Below, in pieces: positions 41,922-52,419 of a DNA stretch of 64,000 bases. The notes under the pieces were generated by a model. It worked only from the letters and a program-made list of their open reading frames with translations. It made no database searches and was not told the origin of the DNA. The position numbers were made by a program, and so were the translations under genes. The DNA is from an uncultured Bacteroidales bacterium (lineage in GTDB: Bacteria > Bacteroidota > Bacteroidia > Bacteroidales > GCA-2748055), in NCBI GenBank assembly GCA_963764345.1, contig CAVXSF010000009.1:61003-125002 (forward strand). Direction: 5' to 3'. Every line of letters starts with the position of its first letter. Within the stretch, counting starts at the first letter, position 1.

Positions 41922-44909
41922 TCAGGGTTTGAAAATTACCCCGGTATTGGTCCTTCCGTCAATCATGATCTTCATGGGTGTTTTAAAACGGACATGGCGG
42001 ATGAATTTATCCTCATAGACAGCAGGCTGTGCATCAAGAAAGTCCAGGTCATAAGACCCTTCCTTTATATAGGGATTAATCGTAAAATAACCGACCCCAA
42101 AGGATGTCAGGTTCTGAAAGAAATGTGTTCCCTGGCTGGGGTCAATGCGGTAATTTTCAAGACCTGACTCTACAATGACCCGGGCTTCGGATATCTGCGT
42201 CCATTTTATGGGAATGCCCAGCCACGGATCCTGCGATCCCCACCGCCCCGGTCCGATAAGCACATAGTTGAGGTTTTCTGCTTTCATTTTAGTGTTCAGC
42301 TCTTCCACCTTTATCCCTGCTTCCGTATTTTTCGCCGGATCGAAGGATCCGGGTTTAACATAGATAATATCCTTGATATGGCTAAAGATCCCGTTGCCAA
42401 GGGCTGCCTGAGAAAAGATAATGGTTTTATCCTCCTCCACATCCGTGAGCTTATAATGCAGTGTCTGATCATTGACCACAATGGGCCTGATCTGGAGGAA
42501 ACTGAAGACCTTTGGGGCGCCCTCGGGTACGTTCAGGTTCACCGCAAACTCGATCTCAATGGGAAGGTTCATTTCCTTCTGCCCGATATCCAGAAGGCTC
42601 TGAAGGATTTCGGCGAGTGGAAAGGTCCCATGGTTAAGAATGGGTGAAAAGGTCACCAGTTTCTTGCCTGAATTGAAGGCCCCGTCACGGATGATATTGT
42701 TCTCATAATCGTAAACCGACATAACATGCTTCAGTGTTCCGTCCTTCTCACCTTCATTAATGCGTAGTTTGAAAAGATTTACGGCATCATCGGTGGAAGG
42801 GACGAAGCTCTCGCTTGACAAATCCAGCGAATAAAAATATTTCTGGGTATCCCGCAACATCATCTCAGGTGAGGAAAGCTGAAGGATCTTTTTCGGATAT
42901 TTGGGTGAGAACCGGAGAGCCATGCCCCCGTCAACAATGAATTTCCCAAGGCCAAAGGCAATGCTGGCAATGCCGTCTTCCGCTTTTTCAGGTTTGATGG
43001 GATAGAAATTGATCGAACGGGCTACCCCCGAGAGTGTGGGATAAAACCGGTTTCCGTAGGCCGAACCGCATACTTCCTGCAGGATAATACCCATTTTTTC
43101 TTCATCAATTACATTGGAAGTTGCTGACATATAAGCCTTACTGGATCTGAAGTATACTGAAGCATACACACTTTTAATCGCATTGGTGAGCATTCGTATG
43201 GTCAGGGCATGATCGGATTCGACCACCGGGATCATATAGGTTGAATAGATGCCTGCAAAAGGCTGGTAATGCGAATCCTCCAGTTTGCTCGAAGACCTGA
43301 TGGCAATGGGATTTTTAATGACCGAGATAAAGGCATAAAGATCCTGGTGAAGCCAGCCCGGAAGCTTAGCCCTGATAAAATTCTGAAGGATCTCTTCATC
43401 CGACAGATCAGACAGCCCAATCCGGTAGAGATCGTTTGACTCCATGAACTCATCGAAGATATCGGTACTTAAAACCACGGTACGTGGAATGGTGATGACC
43501 ACATCCTTGTACTTATTGAAGAGGTTATAAGACATGATCACGGAGTTGATGAAAGCCAGTCCGCGCGCTTTACCACCGATGGATCCATCACCGATCCTGG
43601 AGAAGGTCAGGTATTCATCAAAACTGGCTTTGTCAAATTTGGCGATGATACCCCGCCCCTTGCTGATGCGGAAGCTGGAGATGGCTTCATAAATATAGGA
43701 CCTCACCTCATCGAGGTTCTTAAAGTCTTCCTTTTTGATGTATTTAAACAACTGCGCTACAGGGAAAATAGCCCTGGCATTCAGCCATTTAGAAAAATCG
43801 TTACGGGAGGCATGATAGGAAAGAACCTTATCGGGTACCCGTAGGATCAGGTTTTGAAGCGACTGCAGATCTGTGGCCCTGGCAACTTCCACGCCGGTAT
43901 CCGGATCCCGGAACACGAATTCACCGAACGCAAAATTCCGGATGATATAGTTTCTAAGTTCGATGGACAGGGTTTTCGAATATTTGTACAGAAAGCCGGC
44001 ATGAAGGCGGATGGCATACCTTTCATTTCCAATATCTGAAGACTGAAGGAGGAAGGGCATGAAGGGATCCTCGTCCTTCACCAGCTTACACAGTCTTAGT
44101 CCCGCTTTGGTCTTATTATCGCTCCTGTTATTGACCTTAAAGCTGATATCGGAGATAATGCCCAGCAGATTATGTTTATAACTTTGATACATATCCAGAG
44201 CCTCCTCATACGTCTTTGCCAGGAGAACTTTAGGCCTGCCTCTCATTCTAAGCATCTTTTGATGCTCATTGAGGGCTTCCTTCATAAAGTCGCGGGATTG
44301 TTTCAGCACAATTTTGTAGAGAAGTGGCAGGTAAACGGAGGTATACCGGATGGAATCCTCAACCAGAATTATGGTCTGCACCCCAACAACCTCAATATCA
44401 TTGGGGGCGTTCATTTTATCCTCTATCAGCTTGATGATGGCCAGCAGCAGATCTGCGTTACCCAGCCAGCAGAACACATAGTCGATGGCACTCAGATCTT
44501 CGTTCTGCAATTTGAGTGAAACTTCCCGGTTGAAATGGGTAAGAACAACGATGGGAATATCCGGGTAGGTTCCTTTGACGCGTTTGGCCAGTTCAAACGT
44601 GTCAAGATCACCTATATTCAGCATCTCAATGATAAGATCTATGGTCTCACTTTCAAGAATTCTAAAAGCTTCCTTTGCCGAGCCGGCTTTAATGAAACTT
44701 GGCGGATAACGGAGGCTGAGCGAGACATATTCATTAAAGATCTGTTCATCGATCCTGCCGTCTTCTTCAAGCATGAAAAAATCATAATTGCTGCTTATGA
44801 TCAGCACCTTCCGGATCCTCTTTTGCATCAAGCGTTCAAACTCAGTCATACTGAAATCTACCGTTGGGGCATCCAGTCTTCTTCTTTTAATATGGATAGC
44901 TTCACTCAT
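41922..44909 (-). CDS. Receiver-domain / PEP-synthase-PPDK-type ATP-grasp protein (paralog 1)
   Basis: Two receiver-like domains, YH...NDFS.WL helical domain, GGKARG, RSSS.LEDS, FAG.Y, LQEV.G, GLG, EIEFAV, LQIRP, C-terminal GPGRWGS...SQGTHFF. Confidence 0.88.
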   Translation of the reverse strand: MSEAIHIKRRRLDAPTVDFSMTEFERLMQKRIRKVLIISSNYDFFMLEEDGRIDEQIFNEYVSLSLRYPPSFIKAGSAKEAFRILESETIDLIIEMLNIGDLDTFELAKRVKGTYPDIPIVVLTHFNREVSLKLQNEDLSAIDYVFCWLGNADLLLAIIKLIEDKMNAPNDIEVVGVQTIILVEDSIRYTSVYLPLLYKIVLKQSRDFMKEALNEHQKMLRMRGRPKVLLAKTYEEALDMYQSYKHNLLGIISDISFKVNNRSDNKTKAGLRLCKLVKDEDPFMPFLLQSSDIGNERYAIRLHAGFLYKYSKTLSIELRNYIIRNFAFGEFVFRDPDTGVEVARATDLQSLQNLILRVPDKVLSYHASRNDFSKWLNARAIFPVAQLFKYIKKEDFKNLDEVRSYIYEAISSFRISKGRGIIAKFDKASFDEYLTFSRIGDGSIGGKARGLAFINSVIMSYNLFNKYKDVVITIPRTVVLSTDIFDEFMESNDLYRIGLSDLSDEEILQNFIRAKLPGWLHQDLYAFISVIKNPIAIRSSSKLEDSHYQPFAGIYSTYMIPVVESDHALTIRMLTNAIKSVYASVYFRSSKAYMSATSNVIDEEKMGIILQEVCGSAYGNRFYPTLSGVARSINFYPIKPEKAEDGIASIAFGLGKFIVDGGMALRFSPKYPKKILQLSSPEMMLRDTQKYFYSLDLSSESFVPSTDDAVNLFKLRINEGEKDGTLKHVMSVYDYENNIIRDGAFNSGKKLVTFSPILNHGTFPLAEILQSLLDIGQKEMNLPIEIEFAVNLNVPEGAPKVFSFLQIRPIVVNDQTLHYKLTDVEEDKTIIFSQAALGNGIFSHIKDIIYVKPGSFDPAKNTEAGIKVEELNTKMKAENLNYVLIGPGRWGSQDPWLGIPIKWTQISEARVIVESGLENYRIDPSQGTHFFQNLTSFGVGYFTINPYIKEGSYDLDFLDAQPAVYEDKFIRHVRFKTPMKIMIDGRTNTGVIFKP

Positions 44910-44929
44910 GTTTTGTTTCTGCAATGGCG

Positions 44930-47900
44930 TTAGCAATGGTTAGGGTAAATCACCGAAATTCTTCTTTTCCCGTCCATGACCACACAAAGAGGGTCAGGGA
45001 ATCTGACATGTTTTAGGTATTTCGTTTCTTCTATCACCTCCTGTTCTCCGAGAACCTCCCAGTTGATAAAATCTTTGAGGGCATTATACTGAATTGAAAA
45101 ATATCCGACATTCATGGAGGTGACATTATGAAAGAAATGTGAGCCCAGAGAAGCGTCGAGCGGGAAATCCTCGAGGCTGGTTTCAACAATCACTTTTGCA
45201 CCGGAAATCTGGGACCAGTTAACCGGAATCCCAATGAAGGGATCCCTTGTGCCCCAGCGGCCCGGACCAATAAGGATATAACGGCGGCCTTCTATTTTGA
45301 GTTTTTGATTCAGCCCGTTGATTTCTGCAGCAATTTCACGGGTATGCAATTTATCAAAGTTTTCTCTCCTGACGAAGATCACGTCCTGCAGGTCGTCAAT
45401 CCGGCCATTCCCCATGCTGCGTTCTGCATAGATAATGATTTTTTGTTCATCGATCTCTTTCATATTTATTGAATACTCTCCCGTACTGCCGAGAAGAGGC
45501 TTGATCTGAAGAAGGTAGAATGACGGAAGACCATTGCCAGCCGGAGCCAGATCGACCGCATATTCAATTTCCACAGGTGATCCCAGTGCTTCCTTTCCTA
45601 CATCGAGAATAAATTCGATGGTCTGTGCAAGCGGTGCATATTCATATTTCAGTAAATCTGCGAAGTTCATTATCCTTGGGCCGGCTTTATCAAGCCCGGC
45701 CTGAATGCTGTCATTATCCGGATCGTATACCGATGCCAGATGCGCAAGTGTCTTATGTTTCTCTGCGGCGGAAATGTCAAGCCTGATGAGATTAGCTTCA
45801 GGTCCTTCAGAGAGAAGATCAAATTCCGGCCGGTTCATGTCCAGGGCAATGAACTCGACCTGGGAATCCCGGTGCAGGTTTTTAGGTGAATTGACTTCCA
45901 GCAACGGGTATTTGGGCGAAAAACGGTATGCTTTTTCTCCGTTAACCACGTAATGTCCAAGTCCCAGCGCTGCAATGGCAAAACCGTCTTCCGGCTCCAT
46001 GTGGGAAACCGGGTAATAATTGTGTGACTGGGCTGTACCGCTGATATGCGGATAGAAATAGCCATCGTATTCGTTGCCCACGACTTCCTGGATAACCACT
46101 GCCATCTTTTCTTCCTCCAGTTTATAATTGATGGCATCGAAATAGGTGCGCGATTCGTTTGAATAGATGGAGGCATAAACCAGTTTAATGGCATCGGCCA
46201 GCTGGTTGAAGCGGATCCTGGGGTCGGGATGATTATTGGGCAGAAGAAAAGTGTCGAAAATGCCGGAGAAAGGCTGCGTTGTACTGTCTTCAAGCAAGAC
46301 TCGACGACCTGACGGCCAGAGGCCTGTTCAGGGTATTGACCATCGTCTTGAGCATCTTCTCCAGGTGATAGGAGAGTTCGCCCTTCATAAACATCTCCTG
46401 AATTTCAGTATAGGAATAATTCCCGTGGATAACATCCAGCAACTTGTTCCGGTCAATAAAGACATCAAATTCGTCGGTACCGATAATGGAAGTGCGCGGA
46501 GTCCGTATATTGATCCCGGGGATGAGATCGGAAAAATTCAGGTTATAGATCAGGGTAGTTAATAAAAGCCAGACCTCTGCCCTTCCCGCCAAGGGCTCCC
46601 GGGCCCAGGCTGACAATGTTCGATTCATCAAGGAGGGCCGATTCTTCAAAGTTTACGATCTTTCCGGTATTGGATTCATTCCGGTATTTCGTGATGACGT
46701 ATTTCAGATAATTCCTGAACTCCTGCGGTGTTTTAAAATCGGTGACTTTGACAGGATGGAGAAGTTTGGCAATTTTAATCTCACCACGGGCCATCAGCCA
46801 AAGTGAGAAATGGTTGCGTTTGCCATGGTATACCAGCGACTCTATAGGAATGGTTTCGATCTGTTTCTCAAATTCCTTGAGTGATCTGGCTTCCGCGATT
46901 TTTCGTCCTCCCGGGTCACGGTATTCAAAATTGCCGAAACCCAGGTGATGGCTTATGAAGCCTTTGATATCCTGAAGAAGAGTTTCCGAATTCTTGTTGA
47001 TAAAGATGGATTTGAGTTCATAGGCCATCCTTGCATTCTGAATATCCGACGACTGGATAACTGTCGGAAGTCCCCTGAACTGTTCCTTTACCTGCCTGAC
47101 GAGCCTGAACCCTGCCTGGTCGTCGATGACGCCGTTTTTAGAAAATTTCACATCGGTGATCAGGCATAACAAATTATCCCCGTAACGGTTGATGATCTCT
47201 GTGGCTTCTTCGTAGTTTGAAGTAAGAAGAATTTTAGGCCGGGCCCTCAGCCTGAGCACTTTAAAAAGTTCATCGGTAGACACATCATCAATGATCCGTT
47301 TGGTCTGTTCCATTACGTTTCCGTACAACAGCGGCAAATACCTTGAGTAATAAATTTCCGAATCTTCAACCAGAAGGATCACCTTCACCAGGCCGATCTG
47401 AGTGTCGTTTTCCACATTAACCTTGTCCTCAAGCAATTTGACCATGGCGAAAAAGATCTTCGAATCGCCGTTCCAGACAAAGAGTTTATCTATATACTGG
47501 AGGTTGGTTGATTTTTCCCTGAAGCTGGTGACGTCACGCTTGTTATTCAGAAGTGCATAAACCGGGATATAGCCGAAATCCTGGCTTACCAGTTCAGCAA
47601 TCTTTATGGGTGTCCTGAGATCACTCCCGATCATCAGGATCACCAGGTCGAAATGACGTTTGTTCAGCTGTTCCGCCGCTTCGTCGAAGGTAGACACCCC
47701 GGTTACACGAGGCATGGATGTAAGGTTCATCTGGTGATATTCGCCCAGTATATGTTCTGAAAAACGGCCTTCCTTTTCAATGGTAAAAGCATCGTAAAGA
47801 GTTGAAAAAAGCAGGATCTCCTTGACCTTATAAGGCATCAGGTCGTGAAAGATATCCCGGTTTGCATTTTGTTTGTTCAGGAATTTCTGAAGCAGCTTCC

Positions 47901-48400
47901 GGCTGTTAATCCCTTTCCCCGCCTGAAACTCATGGATCTCTGAACGAACCTGATCCTGTTCGAGTGATCGTTTAAGAATTTTACGGGCCTCGACGGTATT
48001 CAGAAAATTATTAAGGATGCTTGCAAGATTATCTATCAGATGGCGCTCTTCCTTCAGGAAACGGGCCTTCGTCGATATCTTTGAAGCTCTTGGTATAAAA
48101 AACTTCAATCTTTCCTTTCCGGTTGTCTATGGTCTGAAATTCCTGGACCTGCCGCCACTCCGTTTCCTTGAAATCCACAGAATAGTATATCCTGCCGGCA
48201 AAACTTATCCTTGCAACGGCAAATTCCGGGTACTGCCACGCTCTGGGAAGAATATGTGCGATCCTCTGCAGCGTTTCCTCTACCGACTTCCCTTCCTTAA
48301 TGATCTGGGTGGTCTGGTTTATGCAGGAAAGCTCCTTCAGCCTCTCACCCTTCTCATCGAGTAACCTCTGTATTTCCTGTTCTGATTTTGGAAATTCCAT
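44930..48400 (-). CDS. GAF-like / receiver / PPDK-type ATP-grasp protein (paralog 2); three +1 frameshifts near 48060, 46557 and 46297
   Basis: Four ORF pieces join into a protein collinear with paralog 1 (GGKGRGLAFIN-TL, AVRSSS-LLEDS, GPGRWGT, SLGSHFF) plus an N-terminal ERLKELSC...WQYP...GPFLKEE domain. Confidence 0.85.
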
Positions 48401-48467
48401 ACCTGTACGATTAGAACAACAGTAAAATTACGCAATTTTGATAGTCCAGGCAATCTGAATGCCATAA

Positions 48468-48510
48468 TTAAAAATCCCCGTTCCTACAGCGAAGCTGTAA
48501 AGAACGGGGA
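48468..48510 (-). terminator. Intrinsic terminator after korB
   Basis: CCCCGTTC-CTACAGC-GAA-GCTGTA-AA-GAACGGGG stem, followed on the minus strand by ATTTTTAA. Confidence 0.7.
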
Positions 48511-48536
48511 AATATTTTGTGAAAGTATACAGCCTC

Positions 48537-49580
48537 TTAGTCCTGATTGTTTATCTCGAACACATTTCCGCTGCGCATAAGCTGATCCATGTTTTGGTAA
48601 GGTGATTTTTCCTTTGCACTTTTAACCAGGTCATACATCAAAGATTCATAAACCGTACTATCAACGGCTCTGATCACGCCCAGAGCAACAGGAAAATCGG
48701 GAAGTGTCAACCTTGAGAGCATGTAATGGGTGGTATCTTCCCAGTCGTGAGAATTATGTACGAGAATATCCTTTTCTGTAATGCCATCCTTACCGATGGT
48801 GACGACTTCAAAACGATTGCATCGCAAAACGAGGCCTTTATCACGATTTTTTCCGAAAATCATAGGCTCACCGTGTTTCAGGTAGAGCTGATGATCGTCC
48901 TTAACATCCTTACCCGTGATCTCCTTATGCACCTCATTATTAAATATGACACAATTCTGCAGCACTTCCACCACCGAAGTACCCTTATGGTTTGAGGCTT
49001 CAATCAGCACTTCCTTCATCATTTTCGGATCGGTATCCACTACCCTGGCAAAAAAAGTTCCCTGGGCGCCCATCACGAGTTCACCCGGCATGAAAGGATT
49101 TTCAATGGTCCCTTCCGGGGATGTCTTGGTGATGCTTCCTTTGGGAGTTGTGGGTGAATATTGCCCTTTCGTCAGACCGTAAATTTTATTATTGAACAGG
49201 ATGATGTTAACATTGATGTTCCTTCTTACAATATGGATGAAATGGTTTCCTCCGATAGCCATCGAGTCACCGTCACCGGTAACAACCCAAACACTCAGGT
49301 CAGGGTTGGATAATTTTATCCCTGAGGCAATGGGAGCCGCTCTTCCGTGCAGACTGTGAAAACCATAGGTATTGATATAATATGGGAAACGGGACGAACA
49401 GCCGATCCCTGAAACAAAGACCACTTTTTCTTTTTCAACGCCGGTTTCGGGCAAGACATTTCTTACGGTGGAAAGTACGGCATGTGCTCCGCATCCGGCA
49501 CACCATTTTACCGGATCATCCAGTTTATAGTCCTGGGCTTCTATCCTGGGCAAAAAATCAGTTTCTGTGCTCATAATCAT
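48537..49580 (-). CDS. korB: 2-oxoacid:ferredoxin oxidoreductase beta subunit
   Basis: WCAGCG, SGIGCSSR, HGRA, GDGD...IGGNH, N.IYGLTKGQ.SPT, Q.C..FN. Confidence 0.93.
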   Translation of the reverse strand: MIMSTETDFLPRIEAQDYKLDDPVKWCAGCGAHAVLSTVRNVLPETGVEKEKVVFVSGIGCSSRFPYYINTYGFHSLHGRAAPIASGIKLSNPDLSVWVVTGDGDSMAIGGNHFIHIVRRNINVNIILFNNKIYGLTKGQYSPTTPKGSITKTSPEGTIENPFMPGELVMGAQGTFFARVVDTDPKMMKEVLIEASNHKGTSVVEVLQNCVIFNNEVHKEITGKDVKDDHQLYLKHGEPMIFGKNRDKGLVLRCNRFEVVTIGKDGITEKDILVHNSHDWEDTTHYMLSRLTLPDFPVALGVIRAVDSTVYESLMYDLVKSAKEKSPYQNMDQLMRSGNVFEINNQD

Positions 49581-51424
49581 GAATTTTCAATAAGTTCTCT
49601 GAATTTTAATTTCAGCTCTGAAATCATAAACGGTAAACCCTGCACTTTGTTATATTGCAGATATTCGTACTTCGGATACTTGGATCTCAGGTAGTTTGCA
49701 AATTGTCCTAGGTTAAGTTCGCAGACCACTCTTTTCTTAAATCCTTTCAGCACGTCACCGGTATTTTCAGGAAGAGGGTTGATATAGTTGAACTGGGCAA
49801 GGCTGATCGATTTTCCTTCTTCCTGCAATTCCTGAACAGCCGTAAAGAGAGCCCCGTAGGTTCCTCCCCAGCCTATAACCAGAAGCTCTCCGGAGGGTTC
49901 TCCAATGATTGCCTGGTGAGGAATATCTTTGGCCACAAGGTCTACCTTTTGCTGCCTTTGTTCCACCATGATCTGGTGGTTCATGGGATCCTGCGAAACT
50001 TCACCTGTCACATCGGCTTTCTCAAGTCCGCCGATTCTGTGGCGAAGTCCCTCCTGACCGGGAACAGCCCACGAACGGGCCAGCGTTTCAGGATCACGCA
50101 GGTAAGGATAGAAATTTGGCTCGTTATCCGCCACTTTCCTGGGGTGGATTTCACGGAGACTTTTCATTTCCGGAATTGGCCAAAGTTCAGAGCCGTTAGC
50201 GAGGTATCCGTCCGAAAGCATGATCACCGGCGTCATGTGTTCCAGTGTCAGCCTGGCGGCTTCGTAAGCAAAATCAAAACAATTGGCCGGAGTACTGGAT
50301 GCAATGACGATGCAGGGGCTCTCCCCGTTCCTGCCATATAAGGCCTGCATCAGGTCACTCTGTTCGGTTTTGGTGGGCAGTCCTGTTGAAGGACCTCCCC
50401 GCTGAACGTTAACGATAACCAGGGGGAGCTCGGTAATAACAGCAAGTCCGATAGCTTCACCCTTGAGAGCCAGGCCTGGACCCGATGTGGAAGTCACGGC
50501 TAACTTTCCGGCATAGGATGCACCGATAGCGGAGCATATCCCGGCAATCTCATCTTCGGCCTGGAAGGTCAAGGCATTCAGGCTTTTTCTGTTAGATAGT
50601 TCCTGCAGGATTTCGGATGCCGGAGTGATGGGATAGGATCCCAGGAACAACCCGCATCCGGATTTTTCCGAGGCGGCAAGAAGACCCCATGCTGTTGCCG
50701 TATTGCCTGAAATATTCCTGAAAAGACCATTTTTGTTCTTTGCCGGATTCACCAGAAACGTGGTGGAGAAAGCTTCGATAGTCTCCGCATAACTGTAACC
50801 TGCCCGTAAAACAGCAGTATTGGCAGCCACCAATTCGGGCTTCTTTTTGAACTTCTGCTTAAGGAAATTTTCCCCGATGGAAAGCTCCCGGTTAAACAAA
50901 AAATACAGGATACCGGCTACAAACTGATTCTTGGTTTTATCGGCCGTTTTGGTGTCGAGCCCGTATTCCTTGATGGTCGACCTTGTCAGCTGAGTGATCG
51001 GTGCTTTTATGAGGTTAAAACCTTCAAGAGTACCGTCATTAAGCGGATCTTCAATATAATCTGCTTTCTTATAATGTTTACTGTCAAAATTATCGATATC
51101 AATAATGATGGTAGCATCGGGTTTGACCCACTTCATGTTCGCTTTAAGAGCAGCAGGATTCATGGCAACCAGGACATCGGCCCTGTCGCCCGGGGTGGTC
51201 ACTTCCTTGTGCCCTATGTGTACCTGGAAACCGGAAACACCTGCAAGGGTTCCTTGCGGGGCACGTATCTCTGACGGATAGTCAGGGAATGTGGAGAGAT
51301 CATTGCCTACAAAGGCAGATGTATCGGAAAACTGACTCCCGGTAAGCTGCATGCCGTCACCAGAGTCCCCTGCAAATTTTACAACAACCTCTTCAAGTTC
51401 AATAATCTTTGTTTTTTTTACCAT
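49577..51424 (-). CDS. korA: 2-oxoacid:ferredoxin oxidoreductase alpha subunit (gamma-alpha fusion)
   Basis: AGDSGDG.Q..G, SYPITPAS, QAEDEI, TSGPG..LK.E, QRGGPSTGLPT. Confidence 0.93.
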   Translation of the reverse strand: MVKKTKIIELEEVVVKFAGDSGDGMQLTGSQFSDTSAFVGNDLSTFPDYPSEIRAPQGTLAGVSGFQVHIGHKEVTTPGDRADVLVAMNPAALKANMKWVKPDATIIIDIDNFDSKHYKKADYIEDPLNDGTLEGFNLIKAPITQLTRSTIKEYGLDTKTADKTKNQFVAGILYFLFNRELSIGENFLKQKFKKKPELVAANTAVLRAGYSYAETIEAFSTTFLVNPAKNKNGLFRNISGNTATAWGLLAASEKSGCGLFLGSYPITPASEILQELSNRKSLNALTFQAEDEIAGICSAIGASYAGKLAVTSTSGPGLALKGEAIGLAVITELPLVIVNVQRGGPSTGLPTKTEQSDLMQALYGRNGESPCIVIASSTPANCFDFAYEAARLTLEHMTPVIMLSDGYLANGSELWPIPEMKSLREIHPRKVADNEPNFYPYLRDPETLARSWAVPGQEGLRHRIGGLEKADVTGEVSQDPMNHQIMVEQRQQKVDLVAKDIPHQAIIGEPSGELLVIGWGGTYGALFTAVQELQEEGKSISLAQFNYINPLPENTGDVLKGFKKRVVCELNLGQFANYLRSKYPKYEYLQYNKVQGLPFMISELKLKFRELIENS

Positions 51425-51768
51425 GACTGGTTGAAAATAATCGGTTAAAAATGTTAAATGCATACGAGGAATCTGAAATCCTTCATATGCATTATCGTAA
51501 TTTTATTCGCAAAAAATTACAGTTTCAGGTCCCATTCAGCCCATCTTTCCTCAACAAAATTAAGCATTTTAAAAATCAGGGTTTTAAATAAGTAACATTT
51601 TCTTAAACATAACAAACTTAGTACATTCATATTAATAATTACAAATTTAAATATATAAATATTATATATTTTTGTAATATTTAATTAAAATTAACAAAAT
51701 GGTCCGGACGCATGGAATATTCAGGTCTCATGCTGAGCGGATTTCCCTTATAAACAGAGGTATTTGAC

Positions 51769-52293
51769 ATGGCACTAATTAAAAGCGTACGCGGCTTCAC
51801 GCCGATCATAGGAAAGAACTGTTATCTTGCAGATAACGCAACGATCATTGGAGATGTTGTGATGGGTGACGATTGTTCGGTATGGTTTAACACGGTGATC
51901 CGCGGAGATGTAAATTCAATACGGATCGGAAACCGTGTTAACATTCAGGATGGTTCTGTTCTGCATACCCTTTACGAAAAATCGGTAATTGAGATCGGCG
52001 ATAATGTCAGCGTCGGACATAACGTGATCATACATGGAGCCAGGGTGGAAGAGAATGTATTGCTCGGCATGGGATCGATAATCCTGGATCATGCGGTCAT
52101 CGGGAAAAATTCAATTATCGCTGCCGGTTCGGTGGTCCTGAGTGAAACCGTTGTTGAACCGGGTAGTATCTATGCCGGAGTTCCGGCTAAAAGAGTGAAG
52201 TCGGTAGACCCGGAGCAAGCCCGTGAGATGATTGAAAAGATTGCAGAAAATTACCTTTTTTATGCGGGGTGGTATAAGGATGAGGAACGGTGA
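51769..52293 (+). CDS. Gamma carbonic anhydrase family hexapeptide protein
   Basis: IIGDV, RGD.N.I.IG...NIQD...H, GH....HG, G.PAK. Confidence 0.92.
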   Translation: MALIKSVRGFTPIIGKNCYLADNATIIGDVVMGDDCSVWFNTVIRGDVNSIRIGNRVNIQDGSVLHTLYEKSVIEIGDNVSVGHNVIIHGARVEENVLLGMGSIILDHAVIGKNSIIAAGSVVLSETVVEPGSIYAGVPAKRVKSVDPEQAREMIEKIAENYLFYAGWYKDEER

Positions 52294-52419
52294 TTGGTAT
52301 GGGTGCAGAGACTGATTCCTCCCTGTCGATGAGTCATTGAGGCAAACATGGATCTTACGGTATATGGAACCCGGGTTGTTCCTCATGGCAGGCGGTCGCC
52401 CTGAACAAAGACTCAGATT

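Noticed and set aside
41922-48400. Annotation as ppsA or ppdK
   Set aside because: There is no C-terminal PEP/pyruvate-binding barrel in either protein, so no gene symbol was assigned.
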